Below the pieces are notes generated by a model. That model was not told where the DNA came from. It searched no databases and worked only from the letters and a program-made list of their open reading frames with translations. A program made the position numbers and the translations under genes. 59,143 nt of DNA from Candidatus Omnitrophota bacterium (GTDB lineage: Bacteria; Omnitrophota; Gorgyraeia; Aquiviventales; Aquiviventaceae), in NCBI GenBank assembly GCA_016193175.1, contig JACPSR010000044.1:1-59143 (forward strand). Direction: 5' to 3'. Below, piece after piece: positions 9,006 through 21,000 of the stretch. Position 1 is the first letter of the stretch, and each line of letters starts with the position of its first letter.

Positions 9006-12000
9006 TCACCGATCGTCTCCAGTGTCGCACCAGCAATAGCAGGAGCTAAGCGATCTCCCACCGTCTCGGTATATTCGCTCTCGACGACTCCTTGTAGGAG
9101 TACTTGATCCTCCTCGGCAACACCCTGAGTCCCAGCGTGTCGTCAGAAACTCCCGGGCCATGCGCCGATCAACGAGCGCCATCAACTCCACAGTTCGCTC
9201 AAGAGTCGGTGGCGCGACGACCGGCGGTTGTGCAGCGGCTGGCGGGGCTTCAGGCGCCTGGGCTGGCGCTGGGGGGGGCGTTGGCGAAGCGCCATCCGCT
9301 AAGGAGTTGAGGAGTCGCCAGGCCGCCTGGCGCAGATCCGCCACCTCGGCAGCCAGGCCAGCGTCCTCGGCTTGCGCGTCCAGCCCGATCAAGGCCGCCC
9401 AGACGCTGTCGCGTTGGCTGGCCTCTGGCCCTCCTTCCAAGCGCGCAATCGCTGCGGCATACTCCCGGCGGAGCTTCACCAGCACTCGGGTATGCTCGAA
9501 CAACCGCCAGGCCTCGGCGTGGCGCTGCGCCACGTCCTCATCGTCCTTCAGACCGGAGGAGTCGGCTAGCTTGTCCAGCGTGATCAAGGCCTTCCAGACA
9601 TCCTCAAGCGCCTGGGCGTCCGTCACGTGCTTCAACCTCTCGATCGCCTCGCCATACCCTTCAAGCACCTGGGCGCGGAGAGCGTTGGCCTCATCGAGTG
9701 GTGCTGGCTCTGGCGCTGGTCCGGCGGCAGACGCTGGTGCCGGCGCGGGCGGTCCAGGTGGCGCGGTTTCGCCTGCGACAACCGGCGGTGCTGACGCTGC
9801 TACCTCTGCTGCCCTCGGCGCCTCAGCCCCAGCCTGGACGGCTCCGGCGCCTGGCGCAGGTGCAGGAATCGGTTCAGCAGGAGCGGCTGCCGGTTTCGGC
9901 GTGGCTACGGGCTGGGAAGCTGCGCGATCGCGGTGTCGGACCAAGTAGGTGTAGACGAGCAAGACCGCCAAGGCAAACACCCCAGCCGCCACCGCTGGAT
10001 TCGCCTGGATGGTGTGTGACACGGCATCCAAGGCTTGAGACACGGAATCCCATATCGTTGCATGATGTGGTTCTAGTGGCTGGGCGGGCCCGAAGCCGCC
10101 CGCGAACTCGGGGGAAAGCGACGACGTCATCGCGGCGTCGGCAGGCACGCTCACCGTCTCAGCGCCGGAGAGGCGGATGAGCTGGCCCGGATGGATCAGC
10201 TCAGGATTCGTGATCTCCGGGTTGAGTTTGAGGATCTCTTGGACCTTCGCTTGAATCTCGGCGTTGGCGGGTGTGGCCACGCCTTCCTGCTTGAGCAGAT
10301 CCCGCGCGATGCCCCAGAGGGTATTGGCGCTGCCCCCGCGCCAGGTCTCAACCACCGCGACCAACCCCTTGTACGCGCTGGTCAGGGCCGGCGTCCCGCC
10401 CAACAGTGTCGTGGCCACCTGCGCCGCCTGTCTCAGTTGCTCCGACGTGAGGTTCGTGGCGGCGGTGATGACCTGCGCGTCCGCCAGCGCCACAACCCCA
10501 AGGAGCGCCGCCCCGATGAGCAGCGTCGGAACCACAAACGGCAGGACCGACTTCATCCGCTTAACCCATCCCTTGTCTGTTGCAGGTCCAGGCGGCGGCT
10601 CCTTTGGCTTCTTTCTTGCAGCAACCTGGACTGCTTGAATCCACTGGACAAGTTCCGGAGCGCCAATGGTTTCAGCGGCTCTTACCAGTTCATTGAGCGT
10701 ATCTTCAAGTGCCTGCTGCTCCTTCCGAAGCTCGGGTTCGCTCGTGACATAGCGAATTTGCTTGAGGCCCCATTCCTGAAATTGCCTTCGAATCTCCTCT
10801 TGAATTCTCTGTGAACCAGTCTGGTGATACACTGTCCCCAAGGCGATGAAATCAGGAGCTCTGCGACCGTTGAATGCCGCCGCGACCTTGCTGATCAGGG
10901 CTCCTTCCGTGCGCAACCATTCCTCCCGCCATTCCTTCAGAAAGCCCGAGGCTCGCGCGGCTTGCTCACCTGTGACAGGCAACGGCCTGAAAAGATCCGC
11001 ACGCGCCTCGTCCGCATCCCCACCGGCTCGTTCAACCACGCCCATTAGCTCTTGCCACGTGGCATAGAGCGACCATGCCTCGCCGGCCACACCTGCGTAC
11101 GGAATTCTCCGAATATCCTGAATTCTGCTGGCCACTTCCGTGACGTCGGTGGCGTTCCCAAGGTATTGGAAGACACTTCCCTGGAAGAGGCCTCGCAGCA
11201 CGCCGTGATTTCGCAGGATAGTGCGTGCAAGCGATGCTTGATTCGCCTGCGCGAATTGTCTTGGAAACAGCTTTCCAATCAGCTCGCTGAGTTGCTTGCC
11301 ATCCTTGATCAAGGCCTTCCCAACGCTGACCTGCTCCTTCATGAGTTGGAGCGAATCAATGAAGGTGCGATCGGTCATCTCACCAAGCAACGTGTCGGCC
11401 TTCGAGGAAAATGCGAGGAGTGTCACGACCCTACCTGTTTCTGAGTAGACATAGTAGAGCCGGTGGTCCCCAATTCTAGAGCGGGAGAGCCCTTTCGCTC
11501 TCCCATGCATCCCTTCCTTGCCTATCAGGCTAGGTAGCCTCGAAATCATGGTTCGAAGCTCCTCACGTGCGTCTGGGTATTGATCGACGTTCTCGGAGAA
11601 CCCAGGAGTCACTTGCATGTAGAAACCGCTTGGCCAGTTTGGCGGTTCGATGTGCCAGGGTCGAACATGCCCCTTGCCCCAATTCCCCAACGTCGCGGCG
11701 AGGCCGCCGACGCCGAGCGGGCCAAGAGCCGACCAGGCCGCGGCAGTCCCGAGCGAGCCGAAGTGCAGGGACGAGAGGTTCAGCAGGGACGAGAACCAAC
11801 TGGTCCAGTTGCTGCTCGCCTGGTCCAGGTGCCCGGTGAAGCCGATCGCGTCCCCCTGCAGGCCGACGAGCGCCGCGACGGTCATCAGGCCGGCCATCAT
11901 GCCGATCTTCCACGGAATGCGCGAAGGCGTCGGCGGGGCGGACGGAGTCTCTGCGATGCGCTCCGTCGTCCCCGGGTACGCGCGATCCGCGAGGTCCCGG

Positions 12001-15000
12001 GCTCGGGCGGCAATCGCGCTGGCATCCAACTGAGCTCGTTCCGCCAAGCGCTGCGCGTACAGGTTCTGGAACTGCTGGCGCGTGGCCTGGCTGGCTCGCC
12101 CGGCCAGCGCCCGCATCCTCTCTTTGAACCCCTCGGGTTTGAGGACATCCTCTTGCGCCCTTTGCGCGTCCTTGTCCTTGACCCCGAGCCCAACGGAGTG
12201 CTCGATCCGCCGCAGCTCCGGCCTGGCCGCCTGAACGGCCTCTTGGAAGAAGGTGGCGCCCAAAGCCAGCGCGAGTCCTGAGCCGAACCAGCCCGCCCCC
12301 ATCAGGCTCATGGGCATGACATCAGAACCCGGGAGGCCGGCCCACTGGGCCAGCGCAGAGAGGCCGCCGAGGAGCGCGGAGGTCGTCAGGGTGCTGACCA
12401 GGAGCGTGGGGGCAGAGGCGTCTTTATTGTGCACGGCGAGGCCGTTGGCGAAGTAGGTGGGCGTGGGGGAGGCGGTGAGGTTGTAGACCCGGGTGGGCGC
12501 GCGGATGCGCTCGATACTTATGACAGCCACTGGCACAAGCCCTTCGATCTCAAATGCCAAGGGGCTAGGGGCCAGCAGTGCGGCAGGGTTGACAAGATTC
12601 AGAATTGGTGATACAGTTGTCGCCGTGGAGCCGAGACTGACATCATTCTGGACCAAAGGTAGGCGGAAGGCCCTGTCGAGCACGTTGCTCACGATCTTCC
12701 AAATCCTCCTTGCTGAATGAGGGGAGAGGACCCATGTTATTCGCTGTGGTGACGGTGCTCCTGCTTGCGATGGTTGCGGGGGCGTGGCTCTTGATCGAGG
12801 ACCGCCGGCTCCGGAAACACGCCCACTGACTCCTCTGTCAGTAAAGGCTGCATCCACCATCAGTTCCTGCCCCGCCTGCAGGTCCTTCACCTTCACGAAC
12901 GCACCCTCCGGGGTGAAGATCGGATGCTCCCCGGTCACCTCCACCGTCTGGCCGCTGGCTAAGTGCACCTCGTAGTACGCCCCGACCTCCCTCGTGAGCG
13001 TGCGGACGACCTGGCTTGCCGTCAACTCGCCCGTCTCGGGATCAAACGCCCGCACGCGCTCCCCCACCTGCACCTGCTCAATCGGCTTGCTCGTCCCATC
13101 CGCCAAGGTAATCCGCGTCCCCGCCAGGAAGCACTCGTGTTTGGTGAGGCGTTCGAGTTGCCAGCGAAGTATTCCCAGACGTTCGCTGAGCACCGCCCTG
13201 AAACCGGGTTCGGCTGCGACCAGTTGCTCTTCATCGCGCCTGATCTGGCTCCGTAGCCACACTGGACTATTGAACTGGCGAAGGGTTGGCAGGACGACCT
13301 TCAAGTGACCTGGAACGGTTGCAGCCTTTTGCGCTTGGACTGGCGCAGGCGGCGCGGCGGCGGGGCTACCCAAAAGCGTAAGAAGCGTTTGATAGATGTC
13401 TGGCTTGCGGTCCTTTAGTCGTGGCAGGAGCCGCAGGATCTCTTGAATCTTCGCGGCAGCGGCCGCTCCTTTGTAGAAGTGTTTCCGCTGGCCCTGGATG
13501 CGATCTTGACCCGCCTCAAGCACGCGCCCATCCGACAAGACAGATCGGATAGTCAAACTTTCTGGATCGCCTGAATCTGGGGTGCTTCGGTGGCGTAGTG
13601 TTACCGTGACCACTATGGAAGGCTTTGCTTTCCCACCTGGCCCACCCATCTGCGTCAGCCCGACGGCCAGGGCCAGCGCGCTTGCCAGTCCGCCGAGGCC
13701 CACGCCCCCGACCGCTGCCAGCGTACCCCAGCTCGTGGAACTTCCCGGTGACGCAGCGACCTGGGCGACCTCGGCCACCGCGGCCAGCGCGGGATTGAGA
13801 CCGCTCGTGGCGAATACGAGCCCGCCGAGCGCCAACCCTGCGATCGCGAACTTGCCCCACGGTAGCGAAGCGGCGGAGCGGAGCGCCCGTTCGACGATCT
13901 CTCGCACTCGAGGACGTTCCAGTCTCCGTAGTTCTTGACGCAATCCCTCGATGTCTGATAACCGGCCCACGAGTTCCCTATTGGCAGGATGCTGGTCGGC
14001 CTGGAGCGCCTCAAGCTGCTGTATTCGCTCACGGAGTCGTCGCACCGCAGCCGCCTCCTCGACACTCAGCGTCTTCTCGTCCCGCTCGGATACTGCGGCC
14101 AGCCGCTGGGCCATCTCCTCGGCCAGCCTGAGCCGCCGCAGGGTCGCCTCCAGGACGCCCTCGAACAGCGACGCGGGGGCCGCCGGCTCAACCGCAGGCG
14201 ACACAGGGCGCACGTGGCGCTCCCTCCACCACTGGCGCAGGTCCTGCGCGATCTGGTCGTGGGCAATCTTGCCGTCCGGTGTGAGCCAACTCACTGGTCT
14301 ACCCGTCCACCAGGCGAACAACTTGGCCGCGCTCGCGACCAGCGCCTGTGGCCCCATCGTGAACATGAATTGCGCGCCTCCAGATCCTTCTTGACCACGC
14401 TCCTCCTCTGGCCTCAGGCGCTCGAACACGACAGGGAGTCTTACGCCTCGAACTACTGGTTGACCTTCAGCAAGTTTGAACAACCTAGAATTGATGACGA
14501 CCGCAGACACGACTTCCGATTTGTGCCCGCGCCAAAGCTCTGGGAGCTCCTGGATGTTAACCCGTTCACCGGGGGCAAGTCCGGCTAACGCAGCTTGGGC
14601 CTCCTCGATCTCCTCAACTATCGCCCGCCAGTCAAGATTGAGTCGTCTGATCTGTCCCCGCAATGTAGAGTCGGAAGCCAAGATTCCATAGACCTGGACA
14701 TGATCTCCAAGCGGCCGGAAGAGGTGAGACTGCCGAATCTGTTCTAACTGGTTCACCACAGCATCTCGATCCTCAGCAAGCCCTAGCCGTTCACCTGCCG
14801 CAACACGTTCCATTAGGCGATCAAGAGTTCCAGATCGCTCTTCCCCAGTCACGGAGGTTGTTGTTGGAAAGATGCGACCAGCTGTACGTTGCCCGTGTTC
14901 AAATAGCGCATACTCATCAATGTCCTCAATATCCTCTCCACGACTCGTCCGCACCACAAGCATCCTGGCAACATACGTTGCTTCAAACTCTATTCGAAGG

Positions 15001-18000
15001 AGCTCAACCGCACGCTGGAGGAATTGACGGCGCTCTTCGACGTTCAAAGTTGTGTTCCCTGCGATAAGCCGCTCCACTCCAATGAGATCTTCCTGCATCC
15101 ATTGAAGTTCCCTTGCTCGAAACTGAAAGGCCAAGTAGAACATGTCATCCAGCCTAATGCCAAGGTCATCAATGATCTGAAGCTCGCGCAGCTGGATATA
15201 CTCTGGTAATTCCGGCAGGGTGACGAAATAATCATAGAAACTTTGTGGCGGCACACCGCCGGGGCCGCCGTGTCTCAGATGCGCCAGAGCCAAAGCGCCG
15301 AGGAGCGAGGTGAAGAGGGCGAAGGCGGCGAGCCCCAAGGGGTTGGTGAGGAGGGCGGCGGCGTGCTGCAGGATGGGCGGCGCAAACGAGGCCCCCAGCA
15401 CCGGCGACGCGTGGCTACCCAGTATCTGATTGAGTATGAGCGAGCCCCACCCCATCCATCCCACGCCGCCCAAGAGGAGCAGGGTGTTGCGCAACGTCTC
15501 CCCGCCCTCCTCCGTCGGCTCGGCGGCGGGCGACGCCTGCGGCGGCGTGGACTCCTCAACAACCCGACCGATGACGAGCTTGCGGATAGCGCCAGGAGTC
15601 AGCGGATCTGGGCCGATCTCGCGGTGGAGGATGGCCACATAGCGGCCCTCTGAGTGAGTCGCCTCCTGAAGCATTTCGCTGACCTCAGGGAGGGTGGCTT
15701 GCGTGAGCGCGGTGAGATCTGGCCGGTCAACCACGTCCAGCGGAATCGTATGCCCGGCGTTGATGCGCCGCTCAATCTCTGCTCGCTCTGCCTCGCTGAG
15801 GGGCGGAACGGTGCGGGTGAGGTCTCGCGGTTCCTTTGGGTCGTCAATATCGAGTAACGTCCTAACGAGCTCAAGGTCTTGTTTAATCTTGAGGAACTCT
15901 CCTTGTTTAATCTCGAGGGACTCTTTGGAAGAACCCACAAGACCAGGATCAGGGTGCGCGTCGGCTAGAGCTCTGCGGATAGCTCGCTCCAATTCTCGTA
16001 ACGGAGCATCGGTCGGTACCTTGTAACGGTGTCTTAGCCCGAGCACCCCCGGAGCGCCTTCCAGCCGCTGTCGGAACTGCTCTTCCAATCGCTCGCGTTC
16101 CGCTGGACGCAGCCTCCCTAGCAAGAAATCTCGAACAAACGAGGCAAGATATCCCTGTTCGATCAGCCCATCATGATTCGCCACGAGCGAAGCTAACCGT
16201 CTCATGAGTTCAGGCTGATTCTCACGCAAGGCATGGAAGTGATAGTCGATCAAGGCCTTGGTGTAGCTGCGTTCCTCAAGTGCGTTCCACACTATTGTGT
16301 TGGTTAATTGCTCACGCTTATCTGTTGGCACGCCCTGTTGCTCCAGTCGCCTTGAGATAACCCAAAGGAGGGTATCGAAGCGATGGAGGCCTAATCCATA
16401 TTTCAGACCACCGAGAATCTCATTATCAGAAATCTGTGTGGCGATGCCGATGGCTTCATCGAACGTGTAGCCTGCTCCCTTAAGTATCGTCGAGGCTTTG
16501 TCTCGCACAGAGTCAATGTAGCGCTCGCGGGCACGCTGCTCCTTTGCGACTTCAAGCTCCAGGTCCTCTCGGAGCCATTCAATTTGCTGCAGATGGGGGG
16601 CTTTCATCCCCTGTTCAAAGCTGGGATCACCCTGGAGTTCGTCGTAGAGCGCCTGGATTCCTGCAATCCGGGCTTGGATTGGACGTTGAGCTCCTGCAAC
16701 CCCCCTTGCTTCAGACACGCGCCCTGCCAACTGGGCAAGCTGGTCTTCGGCATGGCTCAGTCTCGAAATGAGGGATTGTCGGTATGCTCCATAGAAGGCT
16801 TCTACGACCGGCTGGTCTGAACTGCCAAGCGCTCCAGCGATGGCACGGTACACTGTCAGAGATAGTCCTCCGGTCCCTGAATGCTGCTGGAGCTCTTCGA
16901 GCGGCCTGATCCCGGCTGGACGCTGACTTATCTGGACAAGCGCATTGACGATACTGTTGATTCTCGGGGCCACGAGCGCTGTCAGTAGGTCGTTTCGATG
17001 AGTCTGATAAAAGGCGTTCACCACAGTTACTTCCTGCGTTCCTAGCGCCTCAGCAATGGTCCAGTAAACCGTATGGGACAACACGGCTCTCTGTGCGGCG
17101 AGCAGCTGCTCGATGGCCCTGGGAGCCATTCGCTCTAGCGCAGAGACGACTTGCTGAACCGGTGTTACCTCTGGCCCAACAATGTTGCCGGTTGGATCAA
17201 CCTCAGGCGATGGTTTGGCCTCCCCACCGCTTGCCCCCTCCGGCTCTTGTTGAAGCGTGATGAAATAGAGGGCGGCTTCCTCCCTGAGCATTTCAAGCGG
17301 GAGTCTGGGAATCGCTATCACTAAACCTGATGAATAACCCTGGGGCGGCTTCTGCGCTGCCGCACGATGCATGGCTTCGGAAATTCCTGGTAATGAACCA
17401 GGTCTCGTTTTTTGAAAGATGCCTGGAAGCCATTCTGTGAGGAGAGTATTTGAACCCTGCGAATGCGATACTGACCACCAGCCCTCCCCGGGATGAAAGA
17501 TCAGCCTTACAACCCGAAACAAGGTGAGCCACGCATAAGGAGTTGCGGCAATCTCAACTAAATAAGGACCCCGCTCATCTTCCTGCTGTGGCATGACTGC
17601 GTGGGTGACTTCGTGAGTGATCGTGGTGTACAGATAGCTTTCAAAGTGTTTATTGAGGAAGCGTTGAGCATCCTCGGTCACCTGTGGCCATTGGTTGGCA
17701 AGAAGCAATTTCAACGTGTCATCCACCACCTCATTACCTGTTCGCTTCTCTTCAGGCAACTCGCCGTGGGTTCTTTCCAGGTGCAGCCGCAGGGCGTAAT
17801 AGCCCATCAAATCCTGGGCAAGGGCCTGCCTGCCAACCAGGATGGGGATCGCCTCATTGATCCGCACCGCTGGAATCGCAGCCGCAACGATTGTCCTCTG
17901 CCCTGAGCGGCTTTCCAGATAATCTGGCACAAGGGTTCTTCCGACAAATACCGCAAGCGCTCGTGTCTCCGTCCCCACAATGTTCGCCATCACAGGGTTG

Positions 18001-21000
18001 GTTTGCTCAACCTCATACACCGCAAGCCAGGGCATGTTGCCAATGGCGCGATGGTTGACGACCGCCGCGTGCGTGCCGAATTGGAGAAATCTTCCTGAGG
18101 CGAGAAACGCCTCTGCGAGCGCCTCCATGACGGTTCGTTGCGAGAATCGGCCCTGACGAAGTTCCGCTGCTAATCGGTCAAAGGCAGGGATACCTTGTCC
18201 AACAGCCGCGATCTCTGCAAACAGCGCCTGATAACGATCCCACACATTCTGCGATAATTCGTTGACTTCGCGTGTGCCCTCAGGGAAAGCGGCGATCTCC
18301 TGATCGATCACGGCGTGAATCTCCTCAGTTCTTGCCCTCAGGAGCTCCTCAACTCTTCTGACGATTTGTGCTTGAACGTCAGCCCCCACTGTAACGCCAG
18401 GGCGCGGAGTGAGACGCTGCTGGAAAAATGTGTCCAGCAGTTCTCGATTGGCAAAGATCATTCGGGCATTGGCGGCCCCAAAGACATCGAGGCCAAGGTC
18501 CTTACTAAGCCAATCATCCACCGACTTACCTGAATTGGTCTGCGCGGCTTTCACCCGTTCATAGGCTGCCTGTATGCCCGGAACGTCTGTGTCCGCAAGT
18601 TCTTTGTCGCGCCCCTGCAAGAGCAGGACAAGAACCCCCCGCACCAGTTGTACATCTTGAATAGGCGCGGGCGGCTCGGCGGCGGTAGACGTAGACGTGT
18701 AATCCCTCACGGGGGTTCGGCCTGGTGTTCGTTCCCGGCGGGAGAGCCGCTGGAGGAGGTCTGGCTGACGCTTACCGTCATGGGCCAACAGGTGCGCCAC
18801 GACCTTAATGAGCCCCTCTTCGACGGTCTGCTGGAGGGAGGCGGTGGCGACGCGCTCCTGTAGCTCCCCTTCGGCGGCCAGGTGTTCCGTGAAGGCTCGT
18901 TCGACGGCAGGATCAACGAGGAGTTCAAGGAGTTTCCGGCGGAGGTACGATTTCTTCGCTTGCTCTTGCTGCCACGCTCGGAAGAGGACTTCGACGGCGA
19001 CGCTGACCGGGTTGGGTTGGCCCATGAACGCGATGAACTCATGGACGAGCCGGGCGGCTTCCTCGGTGGGATCGATCGATGCCTTGGACTTCCAGAACAC
19101 GTGGATGCCACGATCCGAGGCGTGGCCTTTCGGGGGGCCGCGGGCTGGATCGTGGAGCAGCGCGGGGTCCTTGACGGTGATCCGATTGACTTGTGGACGG
19201 ATCTTACGGTCGCCCGGCGTGATCGCGGGGAGTTCCCTTGGCACAAGGCCTGCAAAGATCTGGGAGAAGCCGTCAAGCCCCTTCCAGCCTCGTTGAGGCT
19301 TCCACTCGTCCTCCAGCGCGCGCAGGAAGGCCTGGGCCTCTAGGACCGAGGGGTCTGTGGAAGTGAGCCGATGTTGCTCGATGCGGGAATCCTTTGAGTC
19401 AAAGGCTGGCTTGAGCCAGAACGCGTCGATGGCGGCTTCATGCTGCTCGTACCCGGAGATCCGGAGCTGTCCCTCCCCCACCATCTCGTAGTCCCGCTCC
19501 CCAGCTCCAACCGTCGGCCCGGCGGCGGGCGGCTTGGACGGTTCGGTTCGATGCATCGCGCCAGCGACGGCAGGGACCGTGGGACGGCCGCGCACCGCGG
19601 AGAGCAGCGCATACAGAAAAGCGGAGGCGCTGTAGCCAAGACTGAGGGAGCTGAACAACCACAGGTAGGCGCCCACCCAGAGCAGACCAGGCAGGCTGGG
19701 CGCAACACCGAAGGAAAAGACCCCGCTTAAGACGTACCCCACAGGTAGGGCAGCCAGCCCGAGGATGACGCCGGTGCGAAGCGATTCCCATGGTCGCTGG
19801 TTCAGATCCCCTTCAACGAGCAGGCGCCCCTCGGTAACGAGATCGAACAGCCACACGCGCTGAGCCTCCAGCAGCGTGCGCACAGCCTCCCACCGTTGCT
19901 GGATGATGGACGGAAGGGGTGCTCGCAGGGCTGCAAGGAGACCAACCCGCTCGCGCTCACCGCGCAGGAAGCCTGCGCGCGCTTCTAGCGCCAACGTATG
20001 CGCCTCGTCTTTGCGAAAGCCGCGGCTCCGTAACCTCCACTCCACGACTTCATGGACCACGTCGGCCGCCGCCTCTCGGTCACCGGCCCACGCTTGTGCG
20101 AGGCGCTCCCGGCCCAGCAGGAACTTGCGGTACCCAGTACCTTCAAGGATGAGCGCCGTCAGATCCTTGTTCTTCAGCCACTGCTGAATCCGCTCATCAA
20201 GATCGGCGATGGTGGCGAGGATCACATGCGGCAGGAGCTCCTTCACCTCCGCAGAACTCAGCCCGATTGCCTGAAGCGCCTCGCCGATGCGCTGCCGATC
20301 CTCTTCCGTCATGTCGCGCTGCTGGCGGTCGGCCCATTCGACTATTCCTTCCCCGCTCTTCCCCCGCCTCATCAGCCGATCCAGCAACTTGAATGCGCGC
20401 AAGAGCTGGGCCCCCCGCCGTCCATGATGCATCGCCCCGGTAACCCCAAGCCGGGCTGGTCTCGGCCGAGCTGCATTAGTCGCCACGGGTGCGGCTGGTG
20501 CAGCAGGCTTGGTTGGCGCGGCGGCAGCCGTCTGAGCTTTTTGGTCCAACGACTGGAGTGCTGTGGCGACATGCCTCAGTCTATTCCGTAGGCTGTTGAA
20601 CTGGGCTTGGACGTTGCGAGGCAGTGCCCTGAGAGTATCGGAATCCATCGCGTCCAAGAGGTCGCTCACCTTCTTACGCTCCTCCCATTGGGCATCCAAC
20701 ATCGCCTGGGTGGGTGGTGAGCCTGTCTGCAACGCGCGGAGCCGGGTTTCAATGACGGTGAGCTGCGCCTCTGCCGCTCCGAGAGCAGCGGTCGCTTTAC
20801 CCTCTTCTGGATGGACCGCGGCAGGAGCCACCGCACCGGCAGCAGCACCCGACCCCGGTTGGTGAGGTCGAGGAACAGCAGGCTCGGCTCGCATCTCTTC
20901 GGCTGGACCCCCGGCTTGGCGCCGAGCGCGCTCGTGGGCAACCTCAGCCTTGATCCTCTTGAGTACGTCTATGCCGAGCCTAAACAGGGTGTCCCGAAGG

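Larger units (their letters stand above)
12426..13133 (-). other. Hint (intein-like / BIL-type) autoprocessing domain with a ~95-aa insertion.
   Basis: The N-terminal block is CFLAGTRITLADGTSKPIEQVQVGERV (Cys codon 13131-13133). Block B is VEVTGEHPIFT. The C-terminal blocks are RVYNLTASPTPTYFANGLAVHN (Asn codon 12426-12428). The residue after HN is Lys, so this is not a canonical splicing intein. Confidence 0.8.

Noticed and set aside
8281-9049. Track ORFs 8281..8694 (-) and 8519..9049 (+) as genes in the gap left of the giant ORF.
   Set aside because: Both overlap the protein-like third minus-strand frame (ORF-2), which runs to the window edge. Their own translations are junk-like.
12426-13133. 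A canonical protein-splicing intein.
   Set aside because: The residue following the terminal His-Asn is Lys, not Cys/Ser/Thr. No homing-endonuclease ORF is present. A Hint/BIL-type cleavage domain is the more conservative reading.
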